NCBI GenBank assembly: GCA_945870025.1
Contig: CAMBQN010000013.1
Coordinates: 5,825-69,824 of the forward strand
DNA length: 64,000 nucleotides
Source of the DNA: Akkermansia muciniphila
Lineage (GTDB): Bacteria > Verrucomicrobiota > Kiritimatiellia > RFP12 > JAAYNR01
Direction: 5' to 3'
Under the pieces are notes generated by a model. That model saw only the letters and a list, made by a program, of their open reading frames with translations, was not told where the DNA came from and ran no database searches. The position numbers and the translations under genes were made by a program. Of the stretch, positions 44,008-53,115 are shown one piece after another. Each line of letters begins with the position of its first letter. The first letter of the stretch is position 1.

Positions 44008-45165
44008 GTGAACGAGCGGGAGGCATTGATCGCGTTAAACCGGGTTTCGGGGATCGGCTCGGTGACCGTGAAACGGATGCAAGAGGCGTTCGGGTCGGTC
44101 GCCGCCATCTTTGACGCTTCGGAAAACGACCTCTCGCGGGTGTACGGGGTCGGCGCTGATCGCGCGGCCGGTTTTTATCGCGACTTTCGCACGGCGCGGT
44201 GCGACGACGAGCTGGCGCGCGCCGAGCGGCTGAATGTCAAGCTGGTCACGTGGGTCGATGCGGCGTATCCGGCGGTCCTGAAAGAAATTGCCGACCCGTC
44301 GCTGGTGCTGTACGTGGCTGGCGACCCGGCGGCCCTCTCGGGAACGGGCGTGGCGGTGATCGGCACGCGCCAGGCGACGGTTTACGGACGGGAGACGGCG
44401 CGGCGGTTCGGATTCCAGTTGGCGGCGGCGGGTTACGTGGTGGTCAGCGGGTTGGCGCGGGGGATCGACACCGAGGCGCACAGTGGCGCGCTTCAGGCCA
44501 AGGGGCTGACGGTGGCGGTGCTGGGCGGGGCGCTCGACCGAATCTTCCCCGCCGAGAACGAGGGGCTGGCGCGGGAGATCGTTGCGGCGGGCGGCGCCCT
44601 GGTGAGCGAGTATCCGTTTGGACGGCAGCCCGACCGGCAGACGTTCCCGATGCGCAACCGCATCGTCAGCGGGCTGAGCCGCGGTGTGGTGGTGGTCGAA
44701 GCGCCGCTGAACAGCGGCACGATGATCACCGTCGGGCAGGCGCTCGACCAGAACCGGTCGGTGATGGCGGTGCCCGGGCGGGTCGATTCGCCCAATGCGG
44801 CGGGCTGTCATCGGCTGTTGCGCGAGGGTGCGCGGCTGGTGACGTGCGCCGACGACGTGGCCGATGAGATGCAGGAACTGCTGCCGCGCCCCGCACGGCG
44901 GAATGCCGAAGCCGCGACGCAATCGTCACCGGCGGCGTCCGGAGACGAGGCTCGTGCGCCGCAACCGGTGCTGACGGATGACGAGCGTCGCGTGGTGGGG
45001 CTGCTGGACGAAGAACGGCACGTTGATTTTTTGATTCGATCGAGCGGCCTGGCCGCCAGCCGGGTCAACTCCCTGCTGGTGGGGTTGCAATTGCGGCGGA
45101 TGGTACACCTGTTGCCCGGCGGCATCGTCAAGCGGGTTGAACGGGAACACGTTTTGAGACAGTGA
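44008..45165 (+). CDS. dprA: DNA-processing protein DprA (Smf)
   Basis: 'LIALNRVSGIG', 'VVSGLARGIDTEAHSGAL', 'RNRIVSGLS'. GTG 44008 follows GGAGGG; the ORF-track start 43969 would overlap aspS. Confidence 0.9.
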   Translation: MNEREALIALNRVSGIGSVTVKRMQEAFGSVAAIFDASENDLSRVYGVGADRAAGFYRDFRTARCDDELARAERLNVKLVTWVDAAYPAVLKEIADPSLVLYVAGDPAALSGTGVAVIGTRQATVYGRETARRFGFQLAAAGYVVVSGLARGIDTEAHSGALQAKGLTVAVLGGALDRIFPAENEGLAREIVAAGGALVSEYPFGRQPDRQTFPMRNRIVSGLSRGVVVVEAPLNSGTMITVGQALDQNRSVMAVPGRVDSPNAAGCHRLLREGARLVTCADDVADEMQELLPRPARRNAEAATQSSPAASGDEARAPQPVLTDDERRVVGLLDEERHVDFLIRSSGLAASRVNSLLVGLQLRRMVHLLPGGIVKRVEREHVLRQ

Positions 45166-45187
45166 GACAGAAAGGACACGAAGCAAC

Positions 45188-47725
45188 ATGGCCAAGCATT
45201 TGATCATTGTGGAATCGCCGGCAAAGGCGAAGACGATCGGCAAGATTTTAGGTTCCGCTTTCGAGGTGAAGTCGTCCGTCGGCCACATTCGCGATCTTCC
45301 GGATCGGACGCTCGGCGTCGATATTGAACACGGTTTCGCCCCCAAATACGTGCTCTCCAAGAACAAGGCCAAGGTGGTGAACGAACTGCGCAAGGCGGCC
45401 AAGGAGTGCGATGCGGTCTATCTGGCGCCTGACCCGGATCGCGAAGGGGAGGCGATCGCCTGGCACCTGCAGGAGGTGCTCGCCGCGAGCGCCAAGGACA
45501 AGCCGTTCTACCGCGTTCAATACAATGAAATCACACCGCGCGCGGTGCGCGCGGCGATCGAAAATCCGGGTGTGATCAACATGAACCGGGTTGACGCGCA
45601 ACAGGCGCGGCGGATCCTCGACCGGATTGTCGGGTACCAGGTGAGTCCGCTGCTTTGGCGGCAGGTTCGGAGAGGCCTCAGCGCCGGCCGGGTGCAATCG
45701 GTGGCGCTCCGTCTCGTGTGCGAGCGGGAGCAGGCGATCCGGGCGTTTATATCCGAATCCTACTGGGTTTTGGGGGCGCGGGTGCGCAAGGAGACCGCGT
45801 CAGCCGACCCGTTCACGATCAAGCTGGCCAAGATTGACGGCGAGAAGGCCGACATCCGCGCCGAGTCGGCGGCGGCTGCGACGTTGAGCGATTTGGAAGG
45901 ACGGCGGTTGCGGGTGGGCGACATCCGCACGCGGCCGGTGACGCGGCGGGCGATGCCGCCATTCACCACCAGCACGCTGCAACAGGCGGCGTCGAGCGTG
46001 TGCGGTTTCTCCCCGAGCCGGACCATGGGTCTCGCGCAGAAACTGTACGAGGGCGTGGAACTTGGCGCGGGCGAGGGGATCGTCGGACTGATCACCTATA
46101 TGCGTACCGACTCGGTCGCCATTTCACGCGACGCGCAGGCGGCGGCGCGGGACTTCATCGTTTCGGAATATGGCGACGCGTACTATCCCGAGACCCCCAA
46201 CGGCTACAAGAGCCGGGCAGGCGCGCAGGAGGCTCACGAGGCCGTCCGGCCGACCGACGTGATGCGGACGCCGCAGAGCCTCAAGGGTGTTTTGGACACG
46301 CCTTCCCTGCGCCTGTACGACCTGATTTGGAGACGGTTTCTGGCGAGCCAGATGGCGTGCGCGCGGATCGAGCAGCGGACCGCCGTGGTGGTTCCGGAGC
46401 CGCCGCCCGCGCAGCAGCACCGGTACGAACTGACCGCATCGGCGTCCGAGGTTCTTTTCCCCGGCTTCCTGAAGGTGATGGAACTCGACATCCGCAAGAC
46501 GCGGGAGGCGGAGGGCGACGAGGCCGAGGTGGCCGACGAGGTGGACAAGCTGCCGCCGCTGGCGATCGGCGAAACGATCGATCTGATCGAGTGGCTCAGC
46601 GACCGCAAGGAAACCAAGCCGCCGGCGCGGTTCACCGAGGCCGCGCTGGTGAAAGCACTCGAATCCAACGGCGTGGGACGTCCGAGCACGTACGCCTCGA
46701 TCATCGAGACCCTCGATGCGCGCACTTACGTTTCGCGCGAGAAGAGGATGCTCATTCCCAGCACCCTCGGCATGCAGGTCAACGACCTGCTCGTCGCCAA
46801 GCTCGGCGACCTGTTCGACGTCGGCTTTACGGCCTCCATGGAGGAGTCGCTCGATCAGGTCGAAAACGGCGGGGTTCAGTGGACCGAAATGATGGGCGCC
46901 TTTTATACGCGGTTTAGCGCGTGGATGGTGAATGCCAAGGAACCGCCGGCCGATGCGCAGAAGGTTCAGGCGATCTTCACGATTCTCACCCAGGTGCAGA
47001 CGTGGGGGCCGGAGGTGAAACTGGGCAAGCGGAAATACAGCGACGAGAATTTCGTGGCGTCGGTGCGCAAGCAGGACGCCGACGGAGAAAAGCCCGTTTC
47101 GGACAAGCAGTTGGAAGCCCTGGCGCGCATCGCGGTGCGCTATCGCGACCAGATTTCCGGTGGAGAAGTCGAATTGACCCGGTTGGGGTTTGAGCGTCTG
47201 GTGGCATCTGATAACGCCGCGCCGTCGCACGAGGAATCGGCCCGGCGCTTCGAGTTGCTGCAAGCCGTCGAGCTCAGCGAGGATCAAAGGCGCTTCGTCG
47301 AGTCGCTGCACGATCAGACCCGCGTGGGGCGAAAACTCTCCGATAACCAGATGGGGGCGCTCAACCGCATCATCATCCGCAACGCTGCGCAAATCCCGGA
47401 CTTTGACCAAATCAAAGGGAGCCTGAACATCGCGGAGGCGGACGCGGTGGTGGAGGTAGACAACGAGAGCGGTCCGCTGTTGGAGCTGATGGCGACCGTC
47501 ACCGTCTGGCGCGAGGCGACCAAGCGCGGCAAGATGACCTTTGACGACCACCTGTTTTTTGAGAGCCTCTCCAAGCAGTATGGTTTCAAGAAAGTCCTTT
47601 CCCCGCGGCAGCGGGCGGCGCTCAAGAAGCTGGTCGCGCGCTATCACGAGCAGATTCCCGGATTTGCCGAAGCGGCGGGTCGTTTGGGTCTGCAGATCCG
47701 CGCCGCCGCTCCAGCCAAGGAATGA
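45188..47725 (+). CDS. topA: DNA topoisomerase I with a cysteine-free repeat-containing C-terminal domain
   Basis: Toprim 'LIIVESPAKAKTIGKILG', 'DPDREGEAIAWH', active-site region 'GLITYMRTDS'. The C-terminal ~265 aa has no Cys and carries three related helical repeats. Confidence 0.95.
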   Translation: MAKHLIIVESPAKAKTIGKILGSAFEVKSSVGHIRDLPDRTLGVDIEHGFAPKYVLSKNKAKVVNELRKAAKECDAVYLAPDPDREGEAIAWHLQEVLAASAKDKPFYRVQYNEITPRAVRAAIENPGVINMNRVDAQQARRILDRIVGYQVSPLLWRQVRRGLSAGRVQSVALRLVCEREQAIRAFISESYWVLGARVRKETASADPFTIKLAKIDGEKADIRAESAAAATLSDLEGRRLRVGDIRTRPVTRRAMPPFTTSTLQQAASSVCGFSPSRTMGLAQKLYEGVELGAGEGIVGLITYMRTDSVAISRDAQAAARDFIVSEYGDAYYPETPNGYKSRAGAQEAHEAVRPTDVMRTPQSLKGVLDTPSLRLYDLIWRRFLASQMACARIEQRTAVVVPEPPPAQQHRYELTASASEVLFPGFLKVMELDIRKTREAEGDEAEVADEVDKLPPLAIGETIDLIEWLSDRKETKPPARFTEAALVKALESNGVGRPSTYASIIETLDARTYVSREKRMLIPSTLGMQVNDLLVAKLGDLFDVGFTASMEESLDQVENGGVQWTEMMGAFYTRFSAWMVNAKEPPADAQKVQAIFTILTQVQTWGPEVKLGKRKYSDENFVASVRKQDADGEKPVSDKQLEALARIAVRYRDQISGGEVELTRLGFERLVASDNAAPSHEESARRFELLQAVELSEDQRRFVESLHDQTRVGRKLSDNQMGALNRIIIRNAAQIPDFDQIKGSLNIAEADAVVEVDNESGPLLELMATVTVWREATKRGKMTFDDHLFFESLSKQYGFKKVLSPRQRAALKKLVARYHEQIPGFAEAAGRLGLQIRAAAPAKE

Positions 47726-47741
47726 ACCCCGAAGGTGGCGG

Positions 47742-50075
47742 ATGCGGGATTATGATGAACAGCGTGTGATCGCCGAGGCGTTGGCTGGCGGAAGCCCGGG
47801 GCGCGCCCACCTGATGGGTGTCGGCGGGGTGGGCGTGGCGGGGTTGGCCACGCTGCTCGCGGCCCGCGGCTGGACGGTTGACGGGTGCGACTCCGCCCCC
47901 AATCCGCTGACCGCGCGTGCACAGGCGGCGGGCATGGCGGTCGCCCCGGCGCACGCCCCGGCGCATCTCTCGCCGTTGATCGAGGCGCACCGGGCCGGAA
48001 TCCCGGTGTGCGTGATTCGCAGCACGGCGATCACCGACGATGAACCAGAGATTGCGGCTGCGCGCGCGGCCGGCATTCCGGTTCTGCACCGCGGGGTCGC
48101 CCTCGCCGCTTGGGTATCGGCGGCGCCGCACAGCGTTGCGGTGTGCGGCGCGCACGGCAAGACAACGACATCGCTGTTTGTCACACGCCTGTTTCAAGAA
48201 CTGGGACACGCCGTCGAGTGGTGCCTCGGCGGCGAATCGCCGGCCCTGGGCGCGGGCGCGGGGCAGAGCGGCGGCAGCGGCGTGAGCCGCTTGGTGGTGG
48301 AGGCAGACGAAAGCGACGGCACCCTTGCGCTTTACCGGCCCCACGTCACCGTCGTCACCAACATCGACATCGACCATCTGGAACACTTCGCCGGCATCGA
48401 GGATTTGGTTGCGTGTTACCGGCGTGTGGTAGATGCGACCCGTTCGGGCGTGGCGTGGTGCGCCGACAACCCGCTCGCCGCAGAGGTGTGCGGACGCGTG
48501 TGCGACGGCGTACACGCGGCGTCGTTCGGGTTTTCTGAGACCGCGTGGCTGCGCGCGTCAGACGTGGACTGTGGCCCCACCGGCAGTACGTTCACCGTAT
48601 GCGCCGGTGGGCGGTCGATGGGATCGGTGACGATCGGCGTGCCGGGCCGCCACAACGTTTTGAATGCGCTCGGCGCGCTCGCGGCCACCGTAATGTCGGG
48701 CATCGCGCCCGAGGCGGCGGTCGGCCGGTTGGCAGCGGCCTGCGCGGAACTTCCCAAACGGCGTTTTGAGACCGTGGCACAGGTCGGCGGCGCCCGTGTG
48801 ATTGTCGATTACGCGCACCATCCCGAAGAGATCCGGGCGTTGATCGCTCAGGCGCGGGGATGTGCCAGAGGCGCGATCACGGTGGTGTTTCAACCGCACC
48901 GATACACCCGGACCCTGGCGTTGCGGGATGCGTTCCCATCAGCCTTTGACGGCGCGGACCGCGTGATCCTGATGCCGGTCTATGCGGCCTCGGAGCAGCC
49001 ACTGGCAGGCGGGTCCGTGGAGGATTTATACGCCGCGTTTCGCCGCTTGCGGCCGGCGATGCGGGTGCTGCTCGCCGAGACGCATGACGAGGCCTGGCAC
49101 GCGGCACGGTCCGGTCTAGCCCCGGATGACCTGCTGCTGGTGGTGGGGGCGGGCGATGTCGTGGGGCTGGCCGCGCGGGCGAGGGACTGTGCGGCGGATG
49201 CGGAGCAGCCGCCGACAGCGGACGCCGTGGCCGGCGCGCCACTGGGGCGCCTGACCACGTTGGGTGTGGGCGGCTCGGCCGACTGGTTCGTGAGGGCCGG
49301 GGACGAGCCGGCGTTGGCTCGCGCGATGGTGGCCGCGTCGGAGCGGGGACTTCCGGTGCAGGTGCTGGGCGCCGGGGCCAACACACTGGTGGCCGACGGC
49401 GGCGTCGCCGGCTTGGTGGTGAGCCTGTCGGGGCCGGCGTTTCAGACGTATAAACGGATCGGCGACGGCGAGGTGGAGGTGGGCTGCGGCCTCGTGGGCG
49501 CGGCGCTGCTCGACCGTCTCGAAGCCGACGGTTTGGCGGGACTCGAATGTCTGGAAGGCGTGCCGGGGAGGGTCGGCGGTTGGCTGGCGATGAACGCTGG
49601 CGCTCACGGCGGTTCGATCGGCGATCGGGTGGTTGAGATTCGTTGTTTGAATTTTGACGGCACGCCGGTTATACTATCTCCTTCACGGTGCGGATTCGGT
49701 TACCGGAGGTGCGACGGCTTGCGCGGACGAGTGGCGATTTCGGTGCGGTTCAGGTTGGAGACCGCATCGCCCGTGGCGGGGCGGGAGCGGCGCGACGCGT
49801 TTCGCCTGCGGCGGACGGCGTTGGACGGCTTGCGGACGGCGGGGTCTGTTTTTAGGAACCCGGACGGCGATTTTGCCGGCCGACTGCTGGAGGCGGCCGG
49901 GTGCCAGGCGATGCGGGTCGGCGGGGCGGCCGTGTTCGGCGGTCACGCCAACGTGATCGTGGCCGAGGTGGGAGCGACCGCCTCGGATGTTTTGGCGCTG
50001 ATGCGTCTGATGGCGCGGGCGGTTGACACGCGCTGGGGTGTCCGGCTGACGCCGGAAGTGCGGCTATTGAGATAG
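47742..50075 (+). CDS. murC/murB: Fused UDP-N-acetylmuramate--L-alanine ligase / UDP-N-acetylenolpyruvoylglucosamine reductase (MurC-MurB)
   Basis: MurC half: 'HLMGVGGVGVAGLA', 'VCGAHGKTTT', 'DYAHHPEEI'. MurB half starts at about aa 510: 'LTTLGVGGSADWFV', 'VLGAGANTLVAD', 'NAGAHGGSIGD'. Start is ATG 47742, since the ORF-track start 47541 overlaps topA. Confidence 0.9.
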   Translation: MRDYDEQRVIAEALAGGSPGRAHLMGVGGVGVAGLATLLAARGWTVDGCDSAPNPLTARAQAAGMAVAPAHAPAHLSPLIEAHRAGIPVCVIRSTAITDDEPEIAAARAAGIPVLHRGVALAAWVSAAPHSVAVCGAHGKTTTSLFVTRLFQELGHAVEWCLGGESPALGAGAGQSGGSGVSRLVVEADESDGTLALYRPHVTVVTNIDIDHLEHFAGIEDLVACYRRVVDATRSGVAWCADNPLAAEVCGRVCDGVHAASFGFSETAWLRASDVDCGPTGSTFTVCAGGRSMGSVTIGVPGRHNVLNALGALAATVMSGIAPEAAVGRLAAACAELPKRRFETVAQVGGARVIVDYAHHPEEIRALIAQARGCARGAITVVFQPHRYTRTLALRDAFPSAFDGADRVILMPVYAASEQPLAGGSVEDLYAAFRRLRPAMRVLLAETHDEAWHAARSGLAPDDLLLVVGAGDVVGLAARARDCAADAEQPPTADAVAGAPLGRLTTLGVGGSADWFVRAGDEPALARAMVAASERGLPVQVLGAGANTLVADGGVAGLVVSLSGPAFQTYKRIGDGEVEVGCGLVGAALLDRLEADGLAGLECLEGVPGRVGGWLAMNAGAHGGSIGDRVVEIRCLNFDGTPVILSPSRCGFGYRRCDGLRGRVAISVRFRLETASPVAGRERRDAFRLRRTALDGLRTAGSVFRNPDGDFAGRLLEAAGCQAMRVGGAAVFGGHANVIVAEVGATASDVLALMRLMARAVDTRWGVRLTPEVRLLR

Positions 50076-50082
50076 GGGCGTT

Positions 50083-50988
50083 ATGCGGTTCAAACGGGTA
50101 GCGGTTGTGATGGGGGGCACGTCGAGCGAGCGCGAGATTTCATTGCGCTCGGGACGCGCTATTGCCGCCGGGCTTGCGACGTCCGGATATTCCGTTTTCC
50201 CCGTAGTTTTGGAATCCAATTCCGTGAACGGCGTTTTTCCGGACGAGATTGAAGCGGTCTTCATTGCCCTGCACGGCGGCTATGGCGAAAACGGCGGGAT
50301 ACAGGCCGATTTGGATGCGAGGGGAATGCCCTACACCGGTTCGGGTGCGGCGGCGAGCCGGTTGGCGATGGACAAAATCGCGACGAAGCGGGCGTGTGAA
50401 GCGGCCGGTGTCGTGACGCCGCCCTACGAGGTTTTGGAAGCCGGGAGTGTGCACACGACGATGCGGCTCCCGCTGGTGGTCAAGCCGCCGTGTGACGGGT
50501 CGAGCGTGGGTGTGGGATTGGTGCGCGAGGCGGGGGAGTGGGATGCCGCGCTGGCACAGGCGCGCCGGATGGATCCGGACGGGCGCGTGCTGGTCGAGAC
50601 GTTCATCGCCGGGCGCGAGTGGACCGTCGGCGTGCTTCTAGACGACGCGCTTCCGGCTGTGGAGATTCTGGCGCCCGACGGCTGGTTCGGGTTCAACGCC
50701 AAATACACCCCCGGCGCGTCGCGGATCGTGTTTCCGGATGATCCAGTCGATCGCGCGCTGGCCGACCGGTGCGGACAGATCGCGTGTCGGGCATTCCACG
50801 CGGTGGGATGCCGCGGCCTGGGGCGCGTCGATTTTCGGATCACGTCCGCGGGCGAACCGTATGTTCTAGAGATCAACACGGTGCCGGGATTCACCGAGAC
50901 AAGTTTGCTGCCCAAGGCAGCCGCGCGGCAGGGGATCGCCTTCCCTGAGTTGTGCGCGCGAATACTGGAGGCCGCCCGATGCGGCTGA
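50083..50988 (+). CDS. ddl: D-alanine--D-alanine ligase
   Basis: 'VAVVMGGTSSEREISLRSG', 'LHGGYGENGGIQ', 'VVKPPCDGSSVG', 'LEINTVPGFT'. Confidence 0.92.
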   Translation: MRFKRVAVVMGGTSSEREISLRSGRAIAAGLATSGYSVFPVVLESNSVNGVFPDEIEAVFIALHGGYGENGGIQADLDARGMPYTGSGAAASRLAMDKIATKRACEAAGVVTPPYEVLEAGSVHTTMRLPLVVKPPCDGSSVGVGLVREAGEWDAALAQARRMDPDGRVLVETFIAGREWTVGVLLDDALPAVEILAPDGWFGFNAKYTPGASRIVFPDDPVDRALADRCGQIACRAFHAVGCRGLGRVDFRITSAGEPYVLEINTVPGFTETSLLPKAAARQGIAFPELCARILEAARCG

Positions 50989-51878
50989 GCGACAGATGGG
51001 AACGGAACCGAACGATGCGGATCACCCGGTTAGATATAAAGAGCGGGCGCAAGGAAAACCGCAAACGCGGCGGGCCTGACGCCGGCGTTTTGTGGACCGG
51101 CCTGCGCCCGTTCATGATAGGAACCGTTGTTTTTCTGGCGTTGCTGTTTATCCTTTTTTTCTCGCCCTGGGTGTTCCGCAAGGGCGTTTTTGTGCTGAAC
51201 AAGACGTTTATCATGCGCCAGATTGACGTGGATGGAGGCGAGACGATGTCACCCGCCTTGGTGCGCGATTTGCTGGCGGCGGGAAGCGGGGGCAACCGGG
51301 TCATGATCGGAATGCCACTGTTTGGTTTCGACATGGAAGACACACGCCGTGAATTCCTGCTGCGCGCGCTCAACATCAAAACCATGCGTATGACGCGCAT
51401 CCTGCCCGATAAACTGGTGGTGCGGATGTCCGAGCGCCGTCCGATCATGCGCATTGAACCGGGGGGACTGGTGGTGGATGACGAAGGCGTCATCTTTCCC
51501 CGCTACGTGTCGGTCAGCGGGCTGCCGCTGCTGACGGGCGTGGACGGCATTCATGCCTGCTCGCAGGGCAGCTCCTTGACCGGTATGGCTCGTGCGGCTG
51601 TTTTTCTGATTACTTGTCTTGAGAAGAAGCCGTATCAATTGCCGGTTATCATGATCGACGCCGCCATGCCCGATTATCTGGTGTTAACGCTGATCGACCA
51701 AAAGCAGGTCACCATGGCGTGGGACGGCATGCTGGAGGCACGTGGCGGCTCCCCGGAGGGAATGATGGATTTACTGATGAAGCTGGGCGAACTGTCGCGC
51801 GCGATGAACACGCCTGCGGGACGGAGCAGGCGGTTCTGGAATGCGACGGTGAAGGGGCGGTTTACCGCATCGGAATAA
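50979..51878 (+). CDS. ftsQ: Cell division protein FtsQ-like (POTRA domain)
   Basis: Single N-terminal TM 'LRPFMIGTVVFLALLFILFF', a POTRA-like 'IMRQIDVDGGETMSPALVRDLL', and its position between ddl and ftsA. GGAGG precedes ATG 50979. Confidence 0.75.
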   Translation: MRLSDRWERNRTMRITRLDIKSGRKENRKRGGPDAGVLWTGLRPFMIGTVVFLALLFILFFSPWVFRKGVFVLNKTFIMRQIDVDGGETMSPALVRDLLAAGSGGNRVMIGMPLFGFDMEDTRREFLLRALNIKTMRMTRILPDKLVVRMSERRPIMRIEPGGLVVDDEGVIFPRYVSVSGLPLLTGVDGIHACSQGSSLTGMARAAVFLITCLEKKPYQLPVIMIDAAMPDYLVLTLIDQKQVTMAWDGMLEARGGSPEGMMDLLMKLGELSRAMNTPAGRSRRFWNATVKGRFTASE

Positions 51879-51894
51879 AAACAATCAAACGGGA

Positions 51895-53115
51895 ATGGCG
51901 GTTATGGCGACCCAACCTTTAGTGGCGGTTGAATTGGGGACGACGCGGACCGTGGTGGCGGTCGGCGAATATCAGAACAACGGTCTGGTCTTGACGGCGG
52001 TTGGCACGTATCCTACGACTGGGGTTCGCAAGGGCCAGGTGGTGGCGGTTGAACAGGCCGAAACCGGCTTGGTCGCGGCGTTACGTCAGGCCGAGCAAAG
52101 CGGCAATCTCACGATCGCCCAGGTGTTGCTCGGCGTTTCGGGCGGCCATATCCAGACCGTGGGCAACGTCGGTAACATACCGATCCAGGGCCGCGATCAT
52201 GTGGTGACCCAGGACGATGTCAATGAGGTGACTGAACTGGCCGGAAGCTTGAATCTCGATGATTCACGGAAGCTCCTCCATACCTTTGCACAGACCTATT
52301 CGATTGACGACATGGAGGGCATCTTCGACCCGGTGGGGATGACGGGCGGGCAGCTCGCGATGCATATGCTGATTGTGCATGGTGCGCGCGCCCGTTTTGA
52401 CAATGCCGTGGCGGTGTTTCGCAATGTGTCGGTGGGCGTTCAGGATACGGTTTTTGGTGTCTGCGCGGCGTCTCTGGCGGTGCTTTCGCCCGAGCAGAAG
52501 AAGAACGGCGTGCTGCTGATCGATCTGGGCGGCGGAACAACGGACTACGCGGTGTTCGCCAACGATGTGATCGCGGCGGCCGGCTCGATCGGCGTCGGTG
52601 GGGATCACATCACCAACGACATCGCACTGGCATTCAACATCACGTCGGTCCAGGCCGAGGAACTCAAGCGCAAAGAAGGGAGCGCGGTGATTGATGCCGA
52701 TGCCTCGGGGCGGCGTCTCACCCTGCCCCAAAGCCCGGGATTTCCCGCCCGCTCGTTCGGGGTACGCGCGTTGCAGACGGTGATCAACGCCCGCATCGAC
52801 GAAACGCTCCGCGTGGTGCGGGCTCGCCTCGATGAGGAGGGGCTGTTGCCGCTCCTGGGCGCTGGCGTCGTGCTCACGGGCGGAGGCACGCAGTTGCGCA
52901 ACATCTGTTCGCTGGCGCAGCTCCTGTTTGGACTGCCATGCCAGGTGGGTTTTCTCCGCAACATCGCCTGCGAGGCGAAAATCGAGCCCACGCCCGACCT
53001 CGCCACGGTTGCGGGGCTTCTGATGTATGGGTATGAGCATGGGTGCGATGGCGAGCGAATACGCCCCATGCGCACGCGTGTTAAAAAAATGATTGAGGAC
53101 ATATTTAAGCGATGA
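51895..53115 (+). CDS. ftsA: Cell division protein FtsA
   Basis: Actin-fold motifs 'VAVELGTT', 'LIDLGGGTTD', 'VVLTGGGTQL'. Confidence 0.9.
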   Translation: MAVMATQPLVAVELGTTRTVVAVGEYQNNGLVLTAVGTYPTTGVRKGQVVAVEQAETGLVAALRQAEQSGNLTIAQVLLGVSGGHIQTVGNVGNIPIQGRDHVVTQDDVNEVTELAGSLNLDDSRKLLHTFAQTYSIDDMEGIFDPVGMTGGQLAMHMLIVHGARARFDNAVAVFRNVSVGVQDTVFGVCAASLAVLSPEQKKNGVLLIDLGGGTTDYAVFANDVIAAAGSIGVGGDHITNDIALAFNITSVQAEELKRKEGSAVIDADASGRRLTLPQSPGFPARSFGVRALQTVINARIDETLRVVRARLDEEGLLPLLGAGVVLTGGGTQLRNICSLAQLLFGLPCQVGFLRNIACEAKIEPTPDLATVAGLLMYGYEHGCDGERIRPMRTRVKKMIEDIFKR

